Notes: generated by a model from the letters alone, not told the origin. DNA of 64,000 nt from an uncultured Bacillota bacterium (GCA_905197115.1 CAJJXN010000001.1:1463-65462); one strand, 5' to 3'; shown: positions 39,841-50,295, numbered from the stretch's first letter. Translations and numbers: made by a program.

Positions 39841-40373
39841 TGGAGGTCAAAGAAGTGATTGTGGTAGAAGGAACAAGTGATAAAAATCATTTATTAACTT
39901 TTATAAAAGCAGATATTTTGACATGTAATGGTTCGGCTATAGATGGTTTTTCTTTGTCATACTTAGAAGAATTATCGAAAACAAGAGGGGTTATCTTATT
40001 AACTGATCCTGATTATCCAGGAACACGAATCCGTAATGAAATTAGCTTAAAAGTTCCTTTATGCAAACATGCTTTTATTGATAAAAAAAAGGCGGTAAAA
40101 AGGAATAAAGTTGGCGTTGCAGAATGCGAAAAAGAAGAAATTATTAAAGCTTTAAAACACCTCATTACACCAAGGACGGATGTTTTAAAAAAGAATTTAT
40201 TAATAGAAAGTGATTTGTTTTCTTTAAATTTAATGGGAGAAAATAGTCAAAAGAATAAAGAAAAAATATGTGCTTTTTTTCATTTAGGACATTGCAATAG
40301 TAAAACTTTATTAAAAAGATTGAATCTTTTAGGAATTAGTAAGAAGCAATTAATGGAGGCATTGTATGATTAG
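39837..40373 (+). CDS. rnmV: ribonuclease M5 (TOPRIM)
   Basis: VIVVEGTSDKNHL TOPRIM motif. Conserved position between tatD and rsmA. Confidence 0.85.
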   Translation: MMEVKEVIVVEGTSDKNHLLTFIKADILTCNGSAIDGFSLSYLEELSKTRGVILLTDPDYPGTRIRNEISLKVPLCKHAFIDKKKAVKRNKVGVAECEKEEIIKALKHLITPRTDVLKKNLLIESDLFSLNLMGENSQKNKEKICAFFHLGHCNSKTLLKRLNLLGISKKQLMEALYD

Positions 40374-41205
40374 TAGTAAAAAATATGTGGATCAAACTCT
40401 AAAAAAATACCAATTAGTTGCTAATAAAGCACTAGGACAAAACTTTTTAATTGAGGAAGCAATTGTAGATTCTATTATCAAACAATCAAATATCACAAAA
40501 AACACTTATGTTATGGAAATTGGTCCTGGATTAGGTGCATTGACCGAGAAATTAGTTCAAAAAGCCAAATTTGTAAAAGTTTTTGAAATTGATCAAAATA
40601 TGTGCATGATTTTAAAAAACACATTTAAAGAAACGAAAAATTTAGAAATTTGTCATGTGGATTTTTTAAAAGTAGACTTAAGTCAAGAATTTTTTAAATT
40701 AAAAGATGAACAAGATATTAAAATTATTTCCAATTTACCTTATTATATTACTACTCAAATATTGTCTAAAATTCTTTTTTCAAATTATTCGATTCATTCA
40801 TTAATCGTAATGATGCAAAAGGAAGTAGGAATGAAATTATATCGACCTCAATTAAAAGAAAAAAGTCCTTTGACAACCATTCTACAATATCAATATCAAG
40901 TCGATATTATTCAACATGTTTCTAAAAATGCGTATTTGCCACGTCCAGAAATTGATTCAATGGTCTTAAAGATAAAAAAACGAATGCCTACCATTCAAGC
41001 AAAAGATGAAAAAATATTGTTTGATATCATCAAAGAATTATTTAAAAATAGAAGAAAAACAATTGCTAATAATTTGCAATCGTATTTTAAAAAGAAAGAA
41101 GATGTTTTAACTTTTTTAAAAGATTTGTCTATTGCAGAAAATAAAAGAATTGAACAATTATCTTTGTCAGAAATCATATTAATTGCCGATCACTTGGGCG
41201 AATAA
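40366..41205 (+). CDS. rsmA: 16S rRNA (adenine1518/1519-N6)-dimethyltransferase
   Basis: LGQNFLI and EIGPGLGALT SAM-binding motifs. Confidence 0.9.
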   Translation: MISSKKYVDQTLKKYQLVANKALGQNFLIEEAIVDSIIKQSNITKNTYVMEIGPGLGALTEKLVQKAKFVKVFEIDQNMCMILKNTFKETKNLEICHVDFLKVDLSQEFFKLKDEQDIKIISNLPYYITTQILSKILFSNYSIHSLIVMMQKEVGMKLYRPQLKEKSPLTTILQYQYQVDIIQHVSKNAYLPRPEIDSMVLKIKKRMPTIQAKDEKILFDIIKELFKNRRKTIANNLQSYFKKKEDVLTFLKDLSIAENKRIEQLSLSEIILIADHLGE

Positions 41206-41251
41206 CCAAAAGACAAATAAACGTTTTCATATATTAGTCTAGGTGATAGTA

Positions 41252-42001
41252 ATGAAAATAGGCGATTATGTGACAAGAAAAAAATACAACCATGATATTG
41301 TTTTTAAGATTATACAAATAAAAGATGATAAAGCATATTTGCATGGTGAAATGATTCGTTTAGTAGCAGATGCTTCCATAGATGACTTACAAATTTATAA
41401 TGTTGAAGATGGAAATGAAGAAGTAGATGTCACTTTAGATCAAGATAATCATTTGATTAAAGGAAAAATTCTTCATGTTGATGGGGATAAAACATACCTT
41501 AGAAAATGTATGGAATTTTATAAAGAAAATCATACACCCGTAGTAGGATGTTATTTACAAGAAGACAAAATGAAAGAAAATATTATTCCATTGTTAAAAA
41601 AACATTGCCCTGATATCTTAATTATTACAGGACATGATTCGTTTAGTTTTAAACGAGAAAGCGATGAATACGAAGGATATAAAAATTCCCATCATTTTAT
41701 GGATACAGTAAAGCAAGCAAGACTTTACCAACCGAATAAAGATGCTTTGATTATTATTGCAGGGGCGTGTCAATCAAATTATGAAGGGCTTATAAAAAGT
41801 GGTGCCAATTTTGCAAGTTCACCCACAAAAATCAATATTCATGCTTTAGATCCTGCTTGTATTGCAATCTCGATTGCAAATACACATGTAAATCAATACG
41901 TTGAAGTTGAAAAAGTTTTGCAAGATACCGTTTCAAAAGGAAAAGGAATGGGCGGTATTGATAGCAAAGGTGTAGCAAGAAAAATTTATAGTTCAAAATA
42001 A
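41252..42001 (+). CDS. yabG: sporulation-specific protease YabG
   Basis: MKIGDYVTRKKYNHDIVFKI... is highly similar to the YabG family. Conserved location after rsmA. AGGTGATAG RBS. Confidence 0.8.
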   Translation: MKIGDYVTRKKYNHDIVFKIIQIKDDKAYLHGEMIRLVADASIDDLQIYNVEDGNEEVDVTLDQDNHLIKGKILHVDGDKTYLRKCMEFYKENHTPVVGCYLQEDKMKENIIPLLKKHCPDILIITGHDSFSFKRESDEYEGYKNSHHFMDTVKQARLYQPNKDALIIIAGACQSNYEGLIKSGANFASSPTKINIHALDPACIAISIANTHVNQYVEVEKVLQDTVSKGKGMGGIDSKGVARKIYSSK

Positions 42002-42040
42002 AACCATTAAAAGAATTTTTTAATTGGTTTTTTTATTTTT
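42002..42040 (+). terminator. rho-independent terminator after yabG
   Basis: aaccattaaaa...ttttaattggtt stem plus T-tract. Confidence 0.5.
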
Positions 42041-42084
42041 TTTCAATCTTTTATAAAATATAAAAAATGAATAGTAAAAGAAAA

Positions 42085-42100
42085 TTTGTAGTGTTATAAT
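42085..42100 (+). promoter_or_regulatory. extended -10 promoter element TGtTATAAT upstream of the BIG2 lipoprotein operon
   Basis: tgtagtgttataat about 55 nt upstream of the ATG at 42156. Confidence 0.4.
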
Positions 42101-42155
42101 CTAGAACGTGAGTGCTTAAAGCATTCATAATTTAAAACAAACGAAAGGGAGAAGT

Positions 42156-44213
42156 ATGAAGAAAAAAATTTTAATGTACGCAGCTTTAGCAGCAGCAACT
42201 ACGTTTACTTATGGTTGTAACAAATCAGAAGAAAACAATCAAGTCGTTGTAAGTGGAATTACAATCACTTCAAAAAACAATGTAAGAGAAATTAAAGTTG
42301 ATGAAACCCTTCAATTAACAGCTACGGTTTATCCAAAAGGTGCATCTCAAGAAATTGCTTGGACATCGAATGATGAAACAAAAGCGAGTGTTGATGGTAA
42401 AGGGTTAGTGACGGCATTAAATGATGGAATGGTAAGCATTAAAGCTACATCTGTTGTGGCTCCATCTATTTCGCAAGTTTTTTCGTTAGTTATTAAAGAA
42501 AAGGACGTTGTAGTTGTTAATCCTACTTCTGTTTCAATTCAGTCAGAAGGAAATGTAACAGCTTTGAAAGCAGGAGAAAAATTAGTTTTGACTGCTACAG
42601 TTTATCCCTCAGATGCTTCTCAAAATGTAGAATGGTCTTCTAGTGATGAAACGATTGCTACAGTAAAAAGAGGAGAAGTAACGGGTTTAAAAGAAGGAAA
42701 TGTTACAATTAAAGCTACCGCAAAAGATAAGAGTGACATTTTTGGAACGATTCAATTAGAAGTTACAAAATCAGACGATCCAATTATTACAAAAGATTGG
42801 GCAGCAATGAGTTATACAACACATGAAGCATTTATGGCAAGTGAAAATGAAACACCTACAAAAATCAAAGGAATAGTCACATATGTCATTCCGAGTGCCG
42901 ATACAAATGTTTCCTACTATATTCAAAATGGTGTAGATGGATATTATATTTATCAACAAAATAAATCTACTTTCCCAGTTGAACTTGGAAAATGTTACGA
43001 AGTGGGTGGATTTAAAAAATACTATAATGGTTTAAATGAAATTATTAATGTAGAATATTTTAAAGAATTAAATGAAACTTTAAGTTATTCAGTAACAGAT
43101 TTAAATGATAAAGACCCATCTTTAAAAGAAGCAATGGATCCATACCATAATTCTTATGTAAGTGGAAAAGGACAATTAAATAGAATTCCATCAATTGGAA
43201 CAAAAGCGTATAATGTTGAATTAAATGTCAATGAACATACGACTACTTTACGCGTAGACCCAGCAAATATGTTGAAAGCTGAATTCGATGCTATCAGTCA
43301 AGAATTTGCGAAATTAGTAGTTGGATCAACGGTTGAATTTAAAGGATTTATGTCTGCTTATGGTTATGGAAAACCATCTAACCAAATTCAAATTGTAAAA
43401 TTAGAAGATTTAAAATTTGAAGAAGTAAAACCAGCCGATATGCTTAATGCAGCAAAAGATGCATTAGCAATTAAAACTTCATTTATGGTAGAAGAAACGA
43501 GTATTGAACTTCCTACCACAATGAGTTTATCTGAAGATATTGTTATTTCTTGGGAAAGTGACAATGCTATTATAGATGTGACAAATAAGACGATAACACA
43601 TCCAAATGATGACACAATTGTGACATTAACAGCAACTTTAACACATAAAAAAGATACAAGTTTAAGTGTTTCTAAAGAATTTAAGGTAAGTGTATTTGGA
43701 ACTGTATTTGAACATGAAGAATTAATTTCATTTGATTTAGACGATGCAGAAGCAGCAAATGACCAATCTTATGGTAATTCTCCAACAAAAAGTAGTTATA
43801 AAGCAGGTGTGGTTAATCTTGGAACGCCAAAAGCTAATTGGTTATTACAAAATGCTTTAATTTCTTCTACTAGTAGTGATCGTTATGAAGGTATATTTTC
43901 TATTCGTGCTCAAGCAGGAAAAACACATGCTGAAACAGGTAGAGTAGAAATTCAACAAGATGGAGAATATAACTATATTCAATTTTTAGCTGCAGTATAT
44001 GGAAATGACCCAATGGGAGTACAACTTGGCATTGAATATTCTCTTGATTCAGGTACTACTTGGGTAGATACAAACTCTATTATTACGTTGACAAGTGCAC
44101 AATTACAATTAACTCGTTTAGCTTTGCCAGGTGGTGTAAAACGAGTAGCTATTTATGTTGTAGCTAATTCTGGAAAACGAGTAAATATTGATAGTATCAA
44201 ATTATTTAAATAG
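42156..44213 (+). CDS. lipoprotein with two BIG2 Ig-like domains, an OB-fold (nucleic-acid-binding-like) domain and C-terminal beta-rich domains
   Basis: Signal peptide plus TYGC lipobox. Two repeats of about 80 aa, T(A/L)TVYP.(G/D)ASQ...W.SSDET.A(S/T)V (BIG2). KIKGIVTYVIP...YYIQNGVDGYYIYQ...CYEVGGFKKYYNGLNEI resembles an OB-fold as found in extracellular nucleases. Confidence 0.5.
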   Translation: MKKKILMYAALAAATTFTYGCNKSEENNQVVVSGITITSKNNVREIKVDETLQLTATVYPKGASQEIAWTSNDETKASVDGKGLVTALNDGMVSIKATSVVAPSISQVFSLVIKEKDVVVVNPTSVSIQSEGNVTALKAGEKLVLTATVYPSDASQNVEWSSSDETIATVKRGEVTGLKEGNVTIKATAKDKSDIFGTIQLEVTKSDDPIITKDWAAMSYTTHEAFMASENETPTKIKGIVTYVIPSADTNVSYYIQNGVDGYYIYQQNKSTFPVELGKCYEVGGFKKYYNGLNEIINVEYFKELNETLSYSVTDLNDKDPSLKEAMDPYHNSYVSGKGQLNRIPSIGTKAYNVELNVNEHTTTLRVDPANMLKAEFDAISQEFAKLVVGSTVEFKGFMSAYGYGKPSNQIQIVKLEDLKFEEVKPADMLNAAKDALAIKTSFMVEETSIELPTTMSLSEDIVISWESDNAIIDVTNKTITHPNDDTIVTLTATLTHKKDTSLSVSKEFKVSVFGTVFEHEELISFDLDDAEAANDQSYGNSPTKSSYKAGVVNLGTPKANWLLQNALISSTSSDRYEGIFSIRAQAGKTHAETGRVEIQQDGEYNYIQFLAAVYGNDPMGVQLGIEYSLDSGTTWVDTNSIITLTSAQLQLTRLALPGGVKRVAIYVVANSGKRVNIDSIKLFK

Positions 44214-44231
44214 TTTTAAAGGTAGTATTTT

Positions 44232-45722
44232 ATGAAAAAAAGAACATTATTATTAATTACTTCTTTATTATTTGCAAGTTCATGCAATCAACAAAATTCT
44301 TCAAAAGAGAGTAATGTGCAACCCCCTTTAACATCTATCGATATTTTAAAAGATACTTATTCTGTTAACGAATTAAATGTCTTAGTTGGAGATACTTTTA
44401 AATTAGAAGTAAATTCTTCAATCAATTCAAATGATTTAAAATGGGAAAGTTCAAATCAAAATATTATTAAAATTGATGATAAAGGAAATGTGGAAGTTTT
44501 AGAGAAAGGAACGGCAATTATTACCGTAACTTTAAAAGATTTTGCTTATATTACAGATAGTATTTATGTCATTGCGACAAGAAAAGTAGAACAATTAGGC
44601 GTGGGCTCAGGTAAATCAAAAGAAGATCCTATATTTAAAGGAAACGAAGGAGAAGACGAGCCTATTGAAGTTTATTTTATTGAAATGCAACATATCTATG
44701 CGGATTCTATCTTTATTAAAAAAGGAAATGTAGAAGTTTTAATTGATGCAGGATATGCTTATGATGGAAAATTTGTCAATCAGTTATTGACTGAAAAAGT
44801 CGCCGACAAACGTTTGGATGTATTCATGGCTTCACATAGCGATGGGGATCATGTAGATGGAATTGCCAATGCTTTAGAAACTATGGATGATATTTCTTTA
44901 ATGATTGATTATGGTGGAGTAGGTGGGGGCAATGTTTTAGCTACTCGAAATAAATATAAAGAAAAAGGCATGCAATATTACTCTGCTTATGATTGTGTAA
45001 ATCATGTAAATGGAGCAGTAGATCGTTATTATTTAACGGAAGAATTTTATGTAGATGTATTAAATACAGGAAGTTATATTACAAATGACAAATCCAATGC
45101 ATCTAACCCTGCTTCTTTAGCTGTACTATTTACATATAAAGATTTTAAATTTTTTACTGCAGGAGATTTAACCACAGAATCTGAAAAAAAATTAATGATG
45201 AACGAAGACTTGCCAGAAGTTACCTTATACAAGGCTTCACATCATGGCTCACATGGTTCAAATAGTCAAGAATTACTCGATACGTTAAATCCTAAAGGAG
45301 TGGCAATTTCTGCCGCACGTGCAAACCAATATAATGATACACCAGGTGCTCCTCAACAAAATAAAACTTATAACTTAAATGCTGCGTCAGGACATCCAGC
45401 AGCAGCGGCTATTGAAAGAATATATAAAGCTCCAAATATTTCACAAAATTTAAATGTTTATTGGAGTGCGATTAATGGAACGATGAAATTTACCTCTTTT
45501 GGAAAAGATGAATTCGTATTTAATGGTTCACCAACAAAAAAAGGATATTATGATTTGACTTTAACGGATAATACACCAGTATGGAATGAGACTTTGAAAG
45601 ATTTTGAAAATAAAGTTACTGGTGAAGAAAATTTAAGATTACATGAAACAAAAGTATTTGAATTTAGAAATTATATTCAGTATTTACCTAAGTGGGCACA
45701 AGATGAATACTTTTCTAAATAA
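44232..45722 (+). CDS. lipoprotein with BIG2 domain and ComEC/Rec2-like MBL-fold (metallo-beta-lactamase) domain
   Basis: Signal peptide plus SSC lipobox. BIG2-like segment LKWESSNQNIIKIDDKGNVEV. MBL motifs EVLIDAGYA, MASHSDGDHVDG, KASHHGSHGS as in the ComEC C-terminal domain. Confidence 0.55.
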   Translation: MKKRTLLLITSLLFASSCNQQNSSKESNVQPPLTSIDILKDTYSVNELNVLVGDTFKLEVNSSINSNDLKWESSNQNIIKIDDKGNVEVLEKGTAIITVTLKDFAYITDSIYVIATRKVEQLGVGSGKSKEDPIFKGNEGEDEPIEVYFIEMQHIYADSIFIKKGNVEVLIDAGYAYDGKFVNQLLTEKVADKRLDVFMASHSDGDHVDGIANALETMDDISLMIDYGGVGGGNVLATRNKYKEKGMQYYSAYDCVNHVNGAVDRYYLTEEFYVDVLNTGSYITNDKSNASNPASLAVLFTYKDFKFFTAGDLTTESEKKLMMNEDLPEVTLYKASHHGSHGSNSQELLDTLNPKGVAISAARANQYNDTPGAPQQNKTYNLNAASGHPAAAAIERIYKAPNISQNLNVYWSAINGTMKFTSFGKDEFVFNGSPTKKGYYDLTLTDNTPVWNETLKDFENKVTGEENLRLHETKVFEFRNYIQYLPKWAQDEYFSK

Positions 45723-45827
45723 AATCTAATTATTAAAAGAGTTTTGAAACAACGTTTCAAACTCTTTTTTGATTAAAAATAATCTAGTTTGCTAAAAAAA
45801 GAGTATAATGATAAAGAGGTGAATAAA

Positions 45828-47054
45828 ATGAAAAAAAGTGATTTAAAAAAATACGCAAAAACCATCGTTAAAATGGGTGCAAATATTAAACCAGGACAAG
45901 ATGCAATTATTGTGTCAAGTGTAAATAATGTGGAACTTGTTCGTTTAATTGTTGAAGAAGCATATAAAGCAAAAGCGAGAAAAGTAATTGTAGAATGGAA
46001 CGATGATGCGATTACGAAAATGAATTATACTTATCAAAGTTTAGAAACTTTATCTGAATATCCAAAATATGCAGAAGAAAAATTAAAATATCGCAGTGAA
46101 ACATTACCTGCTATGATTTATATTAAATCAAGTGATCCTGATGCAATGAAAGGTGTGGATCAAGATAAAATTCGTCAAGCACGTATGGCTCAATATCCAA
46201 TTACTAAACCTTACTCAGATGCTATGGATAATAAATATCAATGGACAATTGTGGCGGCTGCAAGTTTAGAATGGGCACAAAAAGTATTTCCAAACGAAAA
46301 GCCTAAAATTGCGGTTAAAAAACTTTGGGATGCGATTTTAAAATCAGCACGTATGGATGGTAAAAATCCAATTCAAGATTGGAAAAAACATAACGAAGAT
46401 TTAGCTAAAAGATGCGAATATCTAAATAATTTAGATATTGACTTTTTGCAATACAACTCAAGTAATGGTACAGATTTGAAATTAAAAATCATGCCAGGAA
46501 CTTTATTTATGGGTGGTGGAGAAACTACTTTAAAAGGACGTTACTTTAATCCAAATATGCCAACAGAGGAATGTTTTGGCATTCCTGATAAAAATGGTGT
46601 AGATGGAATTGTGTATTCGTCTAAACCATTATCCTATAATGGTGAGTTAATTGAAGATTTCAATTTACGATTTGAAAAAGGTAAAGTAGTAGAAGTACAT
46701 GCAAAAAAAGGAGAAGAATTATTAAAGCAAATGGTGAGTATGGATGAAGGAGCATCTCGATTAGGGGAAGTAGCTTTAGTTCCATATGACTCTCCTATTT
46801 CTCAATCTAAAATTTTATTTTACAACACATTATTTGACGAAAACGCAAGTTGTCATTTAGCATTAGGAAGAGCTTTTTCTAATAACATTAAAGGATATGA
46901 AAAGATGAGTCTAGAGGAAATTGAAAAATTTGGTATTAATGATTCCATGATTCATGTCGATTTTATGATTGGAACGAAAGATTTGCAAATTGTGGCAACT
47001 ACAAGAGACCATAAACAAGTCGTGATTTTTAAAGATGGTAATTGGGCTTTTTAA
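45828..47054 (+). CDS. M29-family aminopeptidase (AmpS/PepS-like)
   Basis: About 410 aa, NSSNGTDLKLKIMPGTLFMGGGETT and a C-terminal conserved HVDFMIGT. AAGAGGTG RBS before the ATG at 45828. Confidence 0.8.
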   Translation: MKKSDLKKYAKTIVKMGANIKPGQDAIIVSSVNNVELVRLIVEEAYKAKARKVIVEWNDDAITKMNYTYQSLETLSEYPKYAEEKLKYRSETLPAMIYIKSSDPDAMKGVDQDKIRQARMAQYPITKPYSDAMDNKYQWTIVAAASLEWAQKVFPNEKPKIAVKKLWDAILKSARMDGKNPIQDWKKHNEDLAKRCEYLNNLDIDFLQYNSSNGTDLKLKIMPGTLFMGGGETTLKGRYFNPNMPTEECFGIPDKNGVDGIVYSSKPLSYNGELIEDFNLRFEKGKVVEVHAKKGEELLKQMVSMDEGASRLGEVALVPYDSPISQSKILFYNTLFDENASCHLALGRAFSNNIKGYEKMSLEEIEKFGINDSMIHVDFMIGTKDLQIVATTRDHKQVVIFKDGNWAF

Positions 47055-47090
47055 AAGAGATATTTAAAATTATCTCTTTTTTTTCTTTTT
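47052..47090 (+). terminator. rho-independent terminator
   Basis: aaagagata-tttaaaat-tatctcttt followed by a long T-tract. Confidence 0.65.
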
Positions 47091-47136
47091 TAATTTTGTT
47101 AGAATCAAAAATAGGAAAGATTTAAAGGAGAAAAAA

Positions 47137-48585
47137 ATGAAAACATATGATTATTATTGCACTTGGCAAGCTCAAAATATTTATTGTCAAGTAAAAGGTG
47201 TCAGTAATAGAGATTATTTAGATGAAGAAGCTCTTTTTAAAGAAAATGGACTTGTACATGCATATCCTGAGTTTAGGCAGGATTTGTATTTTGTTTTAGA
47301 TGATGGGTGGGATGTTCCTTATAGTTATAATGTGAAAGAGGAGTATCCATTTGCCTCTCATGAAATAAAAAAAGATCGTTTTAAAAGTTTTAAAGGTACT
47401 CCCCAAGAAAAATTAAAACAAATGGTCGATAAAATTATGTCTTATGGTTGGAAAGGTGTTGGTATTTGGGTATGTGCTCAAGGTAGTAATAAAGCTTATA
47501 AACGCTCTATAAAAGGCTTAAAAAGTTTTTTTAAAAAACGTCTTGAATGGTCCAAGTATGCGAAAATTGCCTATTGGAAAGTTGACTGGGGAATTTATTG
47601 TAATGAATATTCATTTCGAAAAATGTTAACTCAATTGGCTAATGAGATTTATCCAGAATTGATTATTGAAAATTGTATGTGCATAGGGCCAGTTAATGGT
47701 TTTAATGATTCAGAAGAAGAAAATTTAAAATACCAATTTCCATGGAATAAAAATCAAAAAAAATATATCGATAAAGTAAACCAAATTTCAGAAGTTTTTA
47801 GAAGTTATGATGTTACCGAAGAATTATCGTCTACGACAACCTTAGCAAGATTAGCATATTTATTAAAGCAACAACATAGCATCATCAATTGCGAAGATGA
47901 AGTATATATGGGGGCAATTTTAGGATGTTCTTTAGGAATAGAAAGAAACAAGATGTGTATTGAAGCGAATATTGCACCCAAAACTTCCTTTCATTATCGT
48001 AGCAATGAAACTTTAGCGGCTTTACGATATCGAAGAATTTCTCCATGTTTTGCTAAAGGAAAATTACAAATATCTAAAGAAACATTTTTAGATGAGTTTT
48101 TATTTGACTCTTATTGGAGTCCAAGTGTGGATCATCAACTTGTTAAGCAACTTTGTCCGGCAAGAATTGCAAGAAATACAAAATTGCCAAAAGTAATGAA
48201 GATTAAAGAAGTTCCGTATGTTGTTTGCTGCAAAGACTTTAATCATAATTATGCTATAGGAACATTTAAACGACTTAATCATGAAGAAGATGAAAAATAT
48301 GCAGTTAACGTATCCGTTGAAATAGATGAAATTGTGAATCATATTGCAGTTTTTTCTAATCATATTCAAACTCTAAAGATCGCTTTTCCTTCAAATATTA
48401 TAGTAAAGAAATTTATTTTAATTGATTTAATTCATAATACACAAATAGATGTTACGAAAAAAATAAAAGTAAAAAATCAAAAAATGATTTTTCCATTTGG
48501 AGAACTTACAAAAGATTTTTATAGTGATGATGATTCCACGAAAGCGTATATGCTTCAATTCGTAAAAGAGGAATCTAAAATTTAA
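47137..48585 (+). CDS. putative clan GH-D glycoside hydrolase (GH36/GH27-like; alpha-galactosidase-type motifs)
   Basis: YFVLDDGW and AYWKVDWG resemble FVLDDGWF and K(W/Y)DMN of GH36. Otherwise divergent and short (482 aa). Confidence 0.35.
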   Translation: MKTYDYYCTWQAQNIYCQVKGVSNRDYLDEEALFKENGLVHAYPEFRQDLYFVLDDGWDVPYSYNVKEEYPFASHEIKKDRFKSFKGTPQEKLKQMVDKIMSYGWKGVGIWVCAQGSNKAYKRSIKGLKSFFKKRLEWSKYAKIAYWKVDWGIYCNEYSFRKMLTQLANEIYPELIIENCMCIGPVNGFNDSEEENLKYQFPWNKNQKKYIDKVNQISEVFRSYDVTEELSSTTTLARLAYLLKQQHSIINCEDEVYMGAILGCSLGIERNKMCIEANIAPKTSFHYRSNETLAALRYRRISPCFAKGKLQISKETFLDEFLFDSYWSPSVDHQLVKQLCPARIARNTKLPKVMKIKEVPYVVCCKDFNHNYAIGTFKRLNHEEDEKYAVNVSVEIDEIVNHIAVFSNHIQTLKIAFPSNIIVKKFILIDLIHNTQIDVTKKIKVKNQKMIFPFGELTKDFYSDDDSTKAYMLQFVKEESKI

Positions 48586-48635
48586 AATAAAAAGAAAGTA
48601 TAACTTTTGTACTTTCTTTTTTATGTAACTATTTT

Positions 48636-49613
48636 TTAATAGTTTTGATAATGAATATAAGTATCATGAATTAAATGATAATAAATTAATTTAGATGAGT
48701 TTAAATTTTCTAAAAGTAAGTTTACTGCATTATATTGAGTATTATCATAAGTTTTATAATAAAAAACTTTTTCTTGAGGATCCATACAACAAGTATAAAT
48801 TGTATAATCACATAAGTTATCTTGAGTAAAAACGGTTCCTTTTAATACACTTACTGAACTCAAAACTTGAAAACATAATGAAATTGCCGCCATTTTTTCC
48901 TTAACTGGCAAAGCATTATATAATAAAAAAGTTGCTCGTACAAAGCGAGAAGTGGGAGAAAAATCTCCCGGCAAGAACATACTTCCCATTCCATTACCAT
49001 AAGGTTGTAAAGGTAAAGGTTTGAAACTATTACTTGGAAATTTATTCGATAAACCAATATAATTGTTTAAATTTTCTTTATGAAAGGTAAATTGAGGACT
49101 ATTTGTTAGGACATTAAAAGGATTGTCATAAATTTCTAATTTTCCTTGAATCGGTTCTACAACTATCGTTTCTTTTTTATCACTAATCATCCAATGAAGA
49201 GGAGGTAAAGGTAATTCATCATTAAAGGTTCTATCGACTAAATTACAATTTTTGAGTAATTCCCTTGCTTCTAAAACGGTTTTACATTGCAATAAAATAT
49301 AAGGGATAAATTCATATGGAGAAACATTTCTTTTATTTGGCATATAGGGCGGGTAATAAGCATAAATTGGAAAATTTAAAGCAGCGATGCATAGTCCATG
49401 CTCATTCATCCCTTCAGCATATAGAGGATAATCGTTTTCTAATTTTGCCATTCCAATCATAGCATAATGATGCTCTAAATTGGGTTCACAAGAAAATTTG
49501 AATAAATAATTTCTAGGTGTGATGACAATTGTTTCTCCAAAATTAAGAGGATTATCTAAAGTTCGACCAAAATAAAACTCATCATTATTTAACCATTTTA
49601 TACTTGTGCACAT
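48636..49613 (-). CDS. choloylglycine hydrolase family (bile-salt hydrolase/penicillin V acylase, Ntn hydrolase)
   Basis: MCTSI...GRTLD N-terminus with the nucleophile Cys2, typical of BSH/PVA. 325 aa. Confidence 0.8.
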   Translation of the reverse strand: MCTSIKWLNNDEFYFGRTLDNPLNFGETIVITPRNYLFKFSCEPNLEHHYAMIGMAKLENDYPLYAEGMNEHGLCIAALNFPIYAYYPPYMPNKRNVSPYEFIPYILLQCKTVLEARELLKNCNLVDRTFNDELPLPPLHWMISDKKETIVVEPIQGKLEIYDNPFNVLTNSPQFTFHKENLNNYIGLSNKFPSNSFKPLPLQPYGNGMGSMFLPGDFSPTSRFVRATFLLYNALPVKEKMAAISLCFQVLSSVSVLKGTVFTQDNLCDYTIYTCCMDPQEKVFYYKTYDNTQYNAVNLLLENLNSSKLIYYHLIHDTYIHYQNY

Positions 49614-49725
49614 AAAAACACCCTTTCTCTATAAAAGGGTATGAAATAAGAATAGCTAAAATGATAAAAATCTAATTTCTTTTTATATAATAATTTGTTA
49701 GAATTTAATCAATGAAGGTGATTAT

Positions 49726-50295
49726 ATGCAAAATAGAAAATATCTAATTGGAATAGCTGGTGGATCCGCCAGTGGCAAAACAACTTTTAGTGAACAATTC
49801 AAATCAACCTTAAATAAATATCAGGTGAAAATTATTCATATGGATGATTATTTTAAAGAAGACAATTTGCGTCCTATGGTTACTTCATTTTTAAATAATC
49901 AATCATATCGAGACGATAATCACCCAACTTCTTTTAATTTAACTAAATTATACACAGATTTGAATCAATTTAAAGAGGAATCTTATGATATCATTATTAT
50001 TGAAGGTCTTTTTACTTTGTGGGATGAAAATATATATAATCAGTTGGATTTAAAACTTTTCATCGATTGCCCTGCAGATGAAAGAATTGTTCGACGTTTA
50101 AAAAGAAATATGCAAAGAGGGTTAAGTTTTGATGAAATAAGTGAAGTATATTTAAATTTAGTTCGTTTTAGACATGCAGAATATGTTGAACCTTCAAAAT
50201 GGAAAGCAGATATTATTGTTCCGGGTATGAAATCTTTTGATTCCATTATTCAAATTATTTGTGAAAACATAGATAATCAATTAGAAATAAAATAA
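49726..50295 (+). CDS. uridine kinase-family P-loop kinase
   Basis: IGIAGGSASGKTT Walker A and the overall Udk/PRK family pattern. 189 aa. Confidence 0.65.
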   Translation: MQNRKYLIGIAGGSASGKTTFSEQFKSTLNKYQVKIIHMDDYFKEDNLRPMVTSFLNNQSYRDDNHPTSFNLTKLYTDLNQFKEESYDIIIIEGLFTLWDENIYNQLDLKLFIDCPADERIVRRLKRNMQRGLSFDEISEVYLNLVRFRHAEYVEPSKWKADIIVPGMKSFDSIIQIICENIDNQLEIK

